DNA from: Cyanophora paradoxa CCMP329
Taxonomy: Eukaryota > Plantae > Glaucophyta
NCBI GenBank assembly: GCA_004431415.1
Contig: QPMI01000129.1
Coordinates: 248,001-312,000 of the forward strand
DNA length: 64,000 bases
Direction: 5' to 3'
Positions within the stretch are counted from its first letter, which is position 1, and every line of letters starts with the position of its first letter. The notes below the pieces were generated by a model that did not search any database, had not been told where the DNA came from, and saw only the letters and a program-made list of their open reading frames with translations. Of the stretch, positions 37,717 to 49,400 are shown piece by piece. Both the position numbers and the translations under genes were made by a program.

Positions 37717-40704
37717 CTACCTGAGCGCTGTACTGTGAAGGATTTCCGTTTTGGACGCCTCGGCCTCGGCCGCGGGGGCCTCGGCCTCGCCCTTGCCCTT
37801 CTTCTCGTCCTCCTTCTCCTTCTCCGCGGCGGCATGCTTCTCGGAGGCGGCGGGCTCCTTGGCGGCGAGGGCGGCGGTGTCCGGGACGCAGGGGCAGAGG
37901 CGGGAGGTGATGGGGTGCGAGGCGCCGCACTCGGAGACGCTCTCCGTGACGACGCAGCGGCGGTAGTTCTTGTCGGCGGGGTCGGAGACCATGCAGGGGA
38001 TGTCCGACCCGATCTCCATCCCGCACCCCCCCTCGCACCCGAAGTGCTTCTGCAATTCGGCGCAGTCGTTGAGGAAGTCGAAGTGGTCCTTCTGGCACTT
38101 CATATGCTTCCCCGCTGCGCACGCCTCAGCCGCGCGGGAGGGCGGGGCGGGGCGGGGCGCGCACAGCAGGCGGTGTCGCAGCTCTGCCCCCGCTCGCTCT
38201 TCGTGGGGAGCATCGCGGCGTTCCGGTGGACCTTCAGCGAGTCGTGCAGGAAGGGAGAGCGCCGCGCGTCCGCCAGCAGGAACGTCTGCCCGCCCCCCCG
38301 CCCGCCCGCCCCTCAAGGACTCTTCTACGCGACGCGCCGGCCCCGCAGCTGCGCCGGCCCCGCACCTTGGACTTGTAGGTGATGATGGCCGTGTTGCGGA
38401 AGTAGGCGCGCGGCACGGGCCAGATCTTGAAGACCTCTGCGCCCCGCGTCAGCGGCTCGTGCGGGCCAAGGGGCAGCGCGCGGGGTCCAAGGGAGGGGAC
38501 CGGAGAGGGGCCGGTACTGCTCGCGGAGGTACGGGATGACGAAGACTGTCTTGTCCTCCCGCCCCGCCGCCTTCTCCACCTGCTCCCCGGGGCGGATGAG
38601 GGCGGGGAAGGGGCGGGAAGGCGGGGAGGGGTGCGCGGGGGCCTCGTGGGGGTGGCGGATGGCCTCGGCCTGCTGGACGAGGCCGGCGACGTGCTTCTCG
38701 TAGGCGCGCGCGTGCAGGTAGGAGAGGTCCCCCAGGTCCACCTCCGCCTCCTGCCGCCCCCGCCCCCGCCCGTCGGCGAAGAAGGCGGGGGCGGGGGCGG
38801 GGGCGGCGGAGCAGCGCTCGGCGAGACCGAGAGGCGGGGGGCGCGGGCGGGGGGCGGGGGGCGGGCGGACCTGGTTCCACTCGATGTCCTGGAGGTACTT
38901 CTCGTACTCGTGCTGCTGCATGTCTGCCGCCCCGCCCCGCCGAGTGGGGGGCGGGGAGCAGGCGAGTACGGGGAGGGAGGGGAAGGGGTAGCGGCCGCAC
39001 TCTCGCCCTGGTTGCCGATGTTGTAGTTGCGGGATATCTCCGGCACGACGCAGTCCCGCCCCTGCACGAAGGAGGGGAAGGCGCGTCGCGAGGAGCAGCG
39101 GGGCACGCGTGGAGGGGCGCCGAGAGAGGGGGCGCGGGCGCACCTTGTTGGTGGTCGAGAGGCGCATCCAGTGATCCCAGTGCTGCTTGGGGAAGATCGG
39201 GCTGAGCTGCGCGCTGGTCTGTTGGAGACGGCCGCAAAGGGGCCAAGCGGGGGGCGGGGCGGGGCGGGGCGGGAAGGGTACGGGCCTCCTCCCAGAGCTC
39301 GCGGCGCAGCATCCAGCCGAGGCCAGGGAAGTAGCTCGTGCGGAAGAGCCGCTTGTTGTCGCTCACCTGAGGCGCCGGCTCGGAAAGGGGCGGCGGGCGG
39401 GTGGGGTCGGGGGCCCACCAGGTGCTTGAAGCCGTTGTCATTCCAGGACGAAATGCACCTGGGCGCGGGGGCGAGCGCAGGGCGGTTGGCGGGGCGCGGC
39501 GGGGCGGGAGGCAACGAGGGCCAAGCGGGGAGCGAGCGGGGAGAGGGGGGGGGGTACCAGATGGTGGGGTCCTCATCAAGGAGCCGCCCCGTCTGCTCGA
39601 AGTAGGGGAGAAAGTCGGGCGAGAAGATCATGTCTGCGGCGGCGGAGGCTCAGCGGGGTACGCGCAGGGAAGGAGTGAGGGGCAAAGTACGCGCCGTCCT
39701 CGACGATGATGACGCGCTTGTGTTTGAACTCTTTGAAGAGCCGATCCAGGGCGTGCCTGCGCTCCGACCGCTCGCACGCGCCGCGGGGCGCAGCGGGGTG
39801 GGGCCGCGCTTGTAGTGGATGGCGATGTGCTCGTGGCCGGCCTTGTGCCCGTCGGCGCGGTCCTTCTGCATGTGGTTGATTCGCGCCTTCTGCACGTACT
39901 CCTTGGCCGCGGATGCCACCCCGTCGTGGTGCCCGTCCTGCGAGACGTGGATCCGGAAGCGCTCGATTCCCGCCAGCTGCGGCAAGCCACGGTCGCCGCT
40001 CGGCGGAGGCGCAGGCGCTGCAGCGGCGGAGGCGGGGGCGTGCCTGCAGCAGAGAGTCCAGCGTGCGTCGGAGGAAGTGCGGCCTGTTGTACGCGAGCAC
40101 GAGGATGCCATTCTCTGGCTCCGGGCCCTCCGGAACAGGCGGCGCGTCCTGGCCCGGCGCGGCTGCAGCGCCCGTCGAGGCGCCTACCTGCTCAGAACTG
40201 CCTCCTGCGGGTTCGGGAGGCTGCTGCACGCTCGGCTTGGTGCGAATGGCAGCAGCGCCGAGTGAGGGGCCCACTGACCTTCTCCTCCTTGCGCGGTTGC
40301 TCTGGCTTCGCGTGCGGCTTCCCATGCTCATTCTTCGACGGAATCGCGACGGGATTCTCTACTTTCCCACCTCCCGCAGCGGGCATCGCTGGCGCTGCTG
40401 GGGGCTTTGGTTGAGTTGCGGGCTGCGCCGCAGGCTTGGCGGTCCCCTGCTGAACATTCTTCGCAGATTCGACGGCTCTATCGACCGCATGCGGCTGTTC
40501 GGCTGCCGGAGCTGTGCTGTTGCTGCCCGCTGACGCGCAGTTGGCCCCGTCGCACACCTCGTACGACGGGCCGGGCACTCCAAACAGCAAAATGGACAGA
40601 ATGAACAGCCCCGGGACGGCGTATAGCGCCCACGGGTAGCGCCGCCTCACGAGCCGCAAGCGGTGGCGAAGACGAACCATGTACCGCAGGGGCATCGGCC
40701 TCAT
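37717..40704 (-). CDS. GT13 N-acetylglucosaminyltransferase I (GnT-I/MGAT1-like) with C-terminal Cys-rich domain
   Basis: Type II TM anchor. LVLAYNRP, VSQDG, IAIHYK, VIIVED|DMIFSPDF, ISSWNDNG, RTSYFPGLGWML, WDHWMR. Confidence 0.9.
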
Positions 40705-40965
40705 TCGCTGCCCCCTACCGCAAGCGCTACCGGACCCCGACCCCGCTAGCGCTCGCAGGGCCAGCAGCTACACGGCGCTGGAGTTCGCTCAGCTTCGCTG
40801 CGACCTGCGGGTACAGGGACGATAGGGTCTGATTGAGGGTACACGCGACCCAGGAATCACCAACGCAGACCGACGACCGCGCCCCGGAGGCTCCTGAGCG
40901 TTAGCTATCTGGTCACTCGTAGTAGCGCGACAGCAGCGCCTTGGGTTGAGCCACGCCTCAGCACA

Positions 40966-43900
40966 ATGGCCGACGCGAAGGCCGACGCGAAGCCAACTGC
41001 AGAGACAGCTCCGACCCCGGCCGAACATGGCAACAACCATGCGTTAGCGTCAGCGGGATCCGCCGGCGCTCCAGAGAAGAAGCTCGGTGCGCCCGCGATC
41101 ATCCAATCTGCATCGCGCGCCTCGGAGCGAGGAGAGGGAGTCGCCTCGTCCGATGCATGACGCATAGCGCTGATAGTTTTGCATCAGTAGAGCCCCTTTC
41201 TCTTCGCCACCCGCGCACGATTAGCGCCGGTGGGAGACGGGACTCGTCATCACTTCTCCGCCGCGCCTTAAGCTTCGCCTATCGTTTCCCGATCTGGAGC
41301 GCTTAGCGTTAAAGTGATCGCTCCTCCTCTGCCCGCCACGTCGCCCACCGTTGGGTCCTACGATCTCCGTTGTGGGTTTCCCGGCGCTGTTGGTCCGAGC
41401 CAAGAGATAGATCGCGCTGTTCCATTAGCTGCTTTGCATCTTCTCTCCAAGCAGCCGAGATTCTTGCTTCTGTACAGCCGCGGCGGTGAATTTGCCACCT
41501 TGCAGATACTGACCTCTTTGGTCTTCTCGCTGCGCAGAGGGCGAGGCGCTCCGGGAAGCGATTCTGAAGCAGGTTGAGTACTATTTCAGCCGACAGAACC
41601 TTTCAACGGATGCGTTCCTTGTGGGCCAGATGGACGCGGACATGTATGTGCCGATCGCGACCATTGCGTCGTTCAAGATGGTCAAGACGCTTACCGACGA
41701 CGTTGCGCTCATCACCGACGTGATGCGCGCCTCGAAGAATGTGATCATAGATCCGACTGGCTCGAAGATCAAGCCCAACATTCAGAACCAGCGCAACACG
41801 CTGATCCTTCGCGACATCGACTCCAATGCGAACCCCGACGTGCGCCATTGTTTTGATATACACGCTACCTGCTCTAGAAAGCGCGTTGGGGCCTTGCGCC
41901 TTTCCGCTCCTTTTTCATTTTTCTCTTGCGCCTTGCAGGATGTCAAGGCGATTTTTGAGCCTGACTTCTCTAAGAAGATTTCTCACATTCACCCTGATAT
42001 TGGCAACACCTGGTTCATCTCGGTGCGCTGCTTGAGCTGCCCGCCGAGCTCGCTTGGCGTCGATCCACCAACCCTCTTGACGGTCCCGCCCGTCCCCCTC
42101 CCGTCCCCCCCTTCAGTTCGAAGATGAGAACGCCGCCCTGGATGCCCTCATGTACTCCAGGAGCCGGCAGTTCAACGGCCAGCCCGTCAAGGGTCGTATG
42201 AAGTCCGAGTCGAACATTCGCAACTTGTGCGGCGCCACCCGTCGCCGCCGCGTGTGCTCTCCGTGATCTCTCCACGATGCAGGATCGCGACCACGATGGA
42301 TTCGTCGACCGCGGCCCCGGCTGGCGCTCCTGGGGCGCCCCCGCGCCCTGGCGTGCCCTTCTTCCCGCAGCCGATGGCGGGAGGCCAGCCCTACATGGGC
42401 GGCCAGCAGCGCTACATGCGCGCGCCCTACCCCGCCTACCCTGGAGCCGAAGGTGCGCTCTTGTTCCTGCGCTGCGAGCCCGCCCGCCGCTTATCCACAG
42501 TGCAGGCTACGCTCCTTACTACGGCCAGCCCTACCCCGGCGGCGGCAAGCGCGGCGGGAGCCCGCAGAATCAGCCGGCCGGCGCCCCAGGCGCTCCCGGC
42601 GCCCCAGCACCCAACGCCGGCGCCAAGGGTGCGCACCTTCGTCGTTTCTTGCCGCCGGCCGGGGCCGATGTGCGATCTCCGCAGGCGGCCCGGGGTATGG
42701 AAAGCACTCGCCGACACAGTACCCGGTCAACGTGACGGCGATGAACTTCCCGCCGCTGCCCTCGCGCCCCAAGACGAAGCGCTCGCGTGCGCACTCCGGC
42801 CCCGCGGTCGCCTACCCCCCCGCCGGCCTGCGCCTCTGACGTTTCGCGCGAGCAGCGTCGGAGCCGGTGAAGAAGATCACGAAGGAGGAGTTCCTGAACG
42901 TGTGGCAGAAGCTGCTTGCGGAGGGCCTCAAGGCCCCCGAGGCGCTGACCAAGGTCACCGACTGCCCCGTCGTCCTCGCCGAGGCACGCAAGGTCGTCGA
43001 GTCCACCAAGGCCTGGCCCGCGTGCGTGCAGCTGTGCCCCGTCGCTGCGATGCGCGGCCGACGGCGCCGCGCCGCGCCGCGCAGGCCGCCGCACGACGAG
43101 AAGAGCGATGAGGGGGAGGACGACGGGTTCGAGCGGCAGCGGACGCGGACGAACAGCCGGGGCGGCAAGCAGGCGCCGCACGCACAGCACAGCGCCCAGC
43201 GGAGGACCAACTCGAGGGGGGGGCCGCCGCCGGGGGTCGGTCAGGCCCCGCCCGTCCCTGAGGCCCCCGCCGGCGCGGAGGGCGAGGCGGACAAGGAGAA
43301 GAAGGGCGAGCACAAGGAGGCGAAGAAGGCGGAGGGCGGCAAGGGCGGCAAGGGCGGGCACCCGCACCCGCACCAGCACCCGCACCCGCACCCGCACCCG
43401 CACGGCCAGCCGCACCCGCAGGGCGACCAGGCGGAGAAGCGGAGGCCATCGCGCGGCGCCCCCGCCGCCCCGGGCGCCCCCGCCAACGGGCCCCGCCCCG
43501 CCTCGGCCCACCACCCCAAGGTCTGCCCGCCCTCTCCCCCCAGCTCGGTGCCGGGGGCTGACGCGTTCGTGCGCAGGCGCCGGCGCAGAAGTCGTACGCG
43601 GAGATGCTGAAGAAGAACGAGGAGAAGAAGGAGGGCGTCGCGGGAGGCGAGGAGAAGAAGGCCCCCGCCAAGGAGGCCGCCCCAAAGAAGCAGGACAAGC
43701 AGTGGGCCCAGAAGGGCGCCGCAGGCGACGCGGCGGCGGCCCCGGCGGCCGGTGAGGCCAAGGAGGGGGCGGCGGAGGCCAAGGAGGGCAAGGAAGCGTC
43801 CAAGGAGGCGGCGGCGGCGGGCCCGGCGCCGGTGGCGGCGGGCAAGGAGCGCCCGCTGGCTGGCGCGTGGGGCAACAAGGCGGCCGGCAAGGCGCCCAAC

Positions 43901-44089
43901 GGCAAGCCGGCGGCGGGGGCCCAAAAGGAGGCGAAGGAGGGCAAGGAGGCGCCCAAGGAGGCCAAGGAGCCGAAGGAGAAGAAGGGGGAGGCGCAGCCCA
44001 AGAAGAAGGCCGAGGGCGCCGAGGGCGAGGCCCCGGCCGCCCCCGCCCCCGCCCCCGCCCCCGCCCCGGAGGCCGTCGCCTCCAACTGA
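40966..44089 (+). CDS. La-related RNA-binding protein (LARP4-like)
   Basis: La motif ILKQVEYYFSRQNLSTDAFL...VPIATIASFKMV. RRM-like NTLILRDI...NTWFIS. NFPPLP motif. His-Pro repeat and Lys/Glu/Ala-rich tail. Confidence 0.88.
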
Positions 44090-44885
44090 GCGCCCACGCT
44101 AGGAGTTCCCAACCTTTCCTGCTTTCTTCCCATCCGAACTCACCTCTTCTCGCTGATTCCTCCCTCTTCCCTTCCCCAACCTCTCCCACCAAAAAATACA
44201 AATCCGCTAAAGAGTGCAGCACCCTCGCACGTTCTTCCTTTCTGCTTGCTTCATCCGATCGTTCGGTATGTCAGAAAAACAATTTCAAACAGAACTTAGT
44301 ATGCCCCTCCCCTTCCCCCGCCCCCCCTTCCCATAAGTCTTCGGCCCGAGACACGTGTACAGACGCGCGAGCGGCTGCCCCAGCTACGAATGTCGGGCGC
44401 CTTGATTTTTTTTGCCTTCGCCGTCGGCAGCATCCACTTCTCGATTCAAGCGTAGCTAAATAGATTGTTGCGCAGAGCCTTGAGTTTCTCTCACGCTTCT
44501 CCGCTTTTAGGCGTGATGCTTCGTATTCTATACTGAGTTGCTTGCTGGTTTCGGACGTAATCTGTGACCCGTCGAATTCACAGGTAACATGGTCAGGGTG
44601 ATATCTCAAAAGTACATGATTATAATATGGGGCGTCTGCTCTGTAACCCCCCGAAACCGCTGGGCTGGGCCTGCGCATGCGTGCAGTGCTCCTCCCGGGC
44701 TAGCGCTTCAAGGCTTCGATCTAAATCTACAGCTAGATGTGCGACATCGCTGCACTCTGAATACCGTAGTACGCTGGCGCTCCCCCACATCCGGATCCGC
44801 GGCCGTCTGGAAACGGGAGATCTTACTAAGTTAGCATAATATATAACTTAGTAGCAATGTGGGACAGAGGTGAATTCGAAACTGT

Positions 44886-46226
44886 CTAGACCAGGGAGAC
44901 CACCGCGTCGGCCTCTGCGGCGGAGTCGGCGGCGGCATCGCAGGCCTCGATCCCCGCCTCCGGTGCCGGGCCGGCGTCGAACGCGGCGCACTGCGCGGGC
45001 GAGTGAGTCCGTGTCGGCGGCGACGCGCGCCGACTTGTTTGCGGGAGCCGCAGGGCGGGCGGGCAGACGCGCGCACCGCATCGCTGTCCGGGGCGCAGCA
45101 CGCGGCCGCCGCGTCCTCCTCGAGGGACTCAGCCAGCGCGCTCGCCACCTCCTCCGCCTCCGTCTCCGCCGCCTCCGCCGCCTCCGCCGGCAGGCCGCCC
45201 CGCACCGCCGCGCCCTCCGCTCCAGCATCCGCCTCCTGCGCGCACGCGGCCGCCCACCTCAGCTCGAGCGGACCCGAGGGCGAGCTGCTTGTCGGTGGGG
45301 CGCACCGCGGCGGCCTCGAGGATTGCCTGGGCCGAGAGGTCGTCGAGCTGCCTGTCCCCGTACTCCGGCGGCGGCCCGTCGTGGTAGCGGTACTGGCCCC
45401 GCGAGTGGGCGGGCGAGCGTCGCAGCGGGCGGGGTGCGGCGGGCACCTGCAGGTACCTCCAGGCGTGGTCAACGCCCTCCTTCTCGTAGAACTTGGCGAG
45501 GCTCTTCACGCTGGCGCCCCGCGGGAGCACCACCGAGTACGTGTCGAGGAACTGCGCCCCGCCGGCCGCCGTCAGCGCGGCGCGGCGCGGCACGCCCGGG
45601 GAGGGCTTACGATCTCGATCTCGTCCACCGCCCTCGCCATGTCGCTCGCCGCCAGGAGCTGCGGCGGTCGCTCAGGGGCGCCCCAGTCGGCAGGCCCAGG
45701 CAGGGCCGCACCACAGATCGATCCGGCAGGGCGCGCAGCTTCACCGCCTCGTCCGGCAGTTCTCTACCCATTTCGACCATCTGCGGGAGCGCATGAGCGC
45801 CAGCGGGGGCACGTATGGGCCCCCGCTGCCGCGCTAAGCCACGTCGGTTATAGAGATTGAGTCGGTTAAGCGCTCCTCGCGCGCGCTGCAGCGCCCGCTG
45901 CGTCTCTTACAGCGTGGAGTTGACAAGAATGACCAGAATAGACCTTCTCCGTGCACCCACGAGCCGCTGAACGCGCACCGCTTCTCGTATCGCCCGGTCA
46001 ATTTCAGAAGAAAAGCGCTCTTTCGCCTGCGGGTCGCGCATCGTGTCTAGCTTGTCCAGCGCGTGTTGGTATCTATCTTGTGTAAATTCTTGATAAGAAT
46101 GAAGCAGAGCTTGGCTGTCCAGAGGCTACGAAGTGTGAAACGCCGAGCTCAGCGTCGGGCGCTAGGCGAGCGCACCGGTCCAACTGGATCGAGCTCCTCG
46201 GGAATGTCCTCTGGAAAGACGGCCAT
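44886..46226 (-). CDS. Multi-exon hypothetical protein
   Basis: MAVFPEDIPEELDPVG and spliced coding exons (FLDTYSVVLPRG, HAWRYLQ|YRYHDG). No family recognised. Confidence 0.5.
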
Positions 46227-46457
46227 GGCTAACTGCAGCCGCCGGGATCCCGAACCGCTTCGACGAGTCCTCTGCACTTGTACCCCAGCCTTCCCAACTA
46301 CGCCAGCCTACGCAGGGGGCATACGAACCTGTTTGAGGCTCCGTGGTACGTGCATCACCGATCCATACTGATCTCGCGAGGCGGAACCTCGCCTGACCTG
46401 CAACGCAGTCATCGCCCGACCTCGCTCATCGGGGCCGCGAGCGTTCGCACCGGCACG

Positions 46458-49400
46458 ATGGCAGTCAACCAGCACCTCCCGTACGCGCTAGAGGACTGCG
46501 CGTCGTCGAGCTACCCATCGCTGCTGGAAGGCCTCTCGGCAGCCGTGGAGGCGAATGACGACGCGGAGCTCCGATACGGCATCCGCGCGATCACAAGGTA
46601 ATGCCGCGCGTGCAGGCCCGGAATGACCACTCGCTCCTCCCAATGACTGAACCGGCTTGCCCCCAATGACCGCGTGCATCAGGTGCCTCGATTTGCGTTA
46701 CAAGCTCGACCCCTCGACACGTGCGGGCATCGCGCGCGTACTCCTCGGCCGAATCCTCTCCGACCCATACGACGTACGTTCAGGACCCTTAATTGCTGCG
46801 GTGCTGCTGACACCGCTCTACGCCCTTGCAGCATGTCCGCCAAGCAAAGCGGATCGGTCTGCTCACCCGTATCCTCAAGAAGCGCCGCAATGTCCCGCTC
46901 GAAATCGCCTGGAGACCGGTTCGCGCCCGCGCGCTCTTTCTTGGCGCACGATGGATGTTGCCCCACTGGGCCAGGCGGTATTATGACGCCGCACCCTCGC
47001 AGCTGTACGACCTCGTGCAGGACACGGTGATCGCTCGCGCGGACAGGGGCTTCGCGGGGCGAGGGATCAGGGAGGTGTACGGCTCGGGCCTGCTGCAGCT
47101 CGTGGAGCACGCGCGGCGCTTCTTCCCGGCGAGCGCGGCCGCCGAGATCGTGGCGGAGCTGAAGCCGCAGTTCTGCCCGCACGACTGGCACGCGTCCTTC
47201 CGGGCGCAGGCGCTCCTCGTGACGTTCATGCCGACGCACCAGGGCCTCCACGAGCCCTGGTTCGCCGACGTCCTTCACTGGCTCGAGTACTACGGTCCGC
47301 CCTGCCCTGCCCCCGCCCCCGCGGAGAGCCGCGCCCCGCTCACTCCTGTGCGAGTAGAGACGGCGTCCGAGTGGATGTCTGTCTGGCTCGGCCTGTGCGG
47401 CCCCGCCCCGCGCCCCCGAGCGCCGGTCGGCCGGCGTGACCGGGCGGGCGTGCAGGCTCTCGCGGCTGGCGAAGGACAGTTGGCGGCTGCGTGTGCCGGG
47501 GGGCGAGGCGGACGCGGAGGAGGACGGGGACGGGGAGGGCGAAGGCGAGGACCCCGACGCCGACGCCGAGGGCGAGGAGCCCGTCCCCGTCCCCGCCCCC
47601 GCAGCCGCCGGCCCGCCCGGCCCGCCGCCCCCGCCGGACTGGGCGCCCCTCGTGCCCTGGCTCTTCGCGCGGCTCCTGCGCGACCTCGAGCTGCCCGTCG
47701 GGGGCGGCCGCGTCGGCAGCGCCAAGATCGACTCGGCCGTGCGCCCGCCCGGCCGGCCCGCCCCGCCCCCGCCCCCGCGCCGACGCAGGGCTCCCAGGGC
47801 GTGCCGGCGGAGACGCGCGCGTGCCTGGCGCACGTCTACCGAAGCGCGCGGGACCACCGCGTGAGCCGGTGCGCCGATCCGCCCGCCCTGCCCCGCTCGC
47901 TCCCGGGGGGGCGCCGGTTGAGGGGCCGGCAGGGTGGTGAAGATCCTGGTGTACACGATGAAGCCGGCGGGGCCCGACGGGAAGCCGACGGCCGTCCTCG
48001 GGGGCCTCGAGCGCCTCCTCGGCACCGTCGGGTGCGAGGACCCTCCCGCGCGCCTGCCTGGGGGCGCTTCGGGCGCCTCAGACGAGCCCGCGCAGGCCGT
48101 ACTTCCACCCGTCGAACAGCGGGGGCCACTCGAACAGCCTCGCGCGCCTCGTCTCCGCCCTCGTCGACACCTTCGCCGCCCGCCTGCAGGCTCGCCCTCC
48201 CCCGCCCCGCCCCCTCTCCCCCGAGCGCGAGAGTGAGGCCCCAGCGCAGGTCGAGCGGAAGCACGCCGCCAGCCCGCTCGCCGCCGCCTACCCGCACCCC
48301 GACGGTGCGCGCTTGCCCGCGCGGCGGGGGCGACGTGGGCGGGGATGACGGCGGGGGCAGCGCTGGGCGAGGCGGACGTGGCGGCCTTCGCGGAGCTCCT
48401 CCTCCCGCACCTCAACCTCTCCCTCTTCTCCAAGGCCCGCCCCGCCCCGCCCCGCCCGCCCCGCACCCCGCTGACGCGCATCGCCCCGCAGAGCGGCTCG
48501 TTGTCGCAGGCAGCGATCGGGTGCATGCGGCAGATGGCGTACCTGGCCCCGCAGGCGGCTCTCGCCCCGCTCCTCGCCGACCGCATCCTCCCCGCCCTCG
48601 GCCTCGGCCCCGCCCTCGACGAGCGCGTCCTCGCCGCCGCCCACCACGTGCCCGCCCCGCCCGCGCCCTGCCCCGCCCGCCCCGCCCGCCCCGCCCGAGA
48701 GCGCGGGCAGACGATCGGGGCGATCGAGGCGCTGAGCGCGCTGGCGCACGCGCTGCTCTGGCGCGACCTGCGGCCGCGCGTCCCCGTGCCCCTCCTCGAC
48801 CTCCTCAACGCGACGTGCGCCCCTGAGGCCCCGGCCCCGCGCCGCACGTCGCCCCTGATCCGCCGGCGGCCTTCACCAGGCTGCCCGGCATCGACGCGAA
48901 CGACCCCTCCAAGACCCGCGCCACGCTGCGCTTCTACACCAACGTGCTCTACTGCGCGCCGCTCGTCCCCGCGCCCCGCGGCGGCGGCGGCGGCGGCGGC
49001 TTCGACGGGATGGAGATCGACGGGGCCGGGGACGAGGCGGAGGAGGAGGCGCGGCGGGCGAGCCACGGGTTCGGGGAGTGGGCCGAGGGCTTCCTCGGGC
49101 GCCTCCTCGAGATGCTGGGCCACGCCGAGAAGCCCAAGAAGGGCAAGGACGCGCAGGAGGCGCGCCGGCCCGCCCTCGCCCTCGCCCCCCCCCCGCCCGC
49201 CCCGCTTGACGTGGCGGGGGCAGGAGTGGGACGCGTTCCTGCTGCAGCGCGCGGCGGAGCTGCTCTTCGCGCAGCTGGCGTCGGGCGGGGCGGGCGGGGG
49301 CCTGTACGACTCGGCCCTGGACCGCGTCGTGGCCCTCGTCTCGGACCGCGAGCTCCCCAACGCCCGCAAGCAGGCCCGCCCCGCCCCGCCGCCCCGCCCC

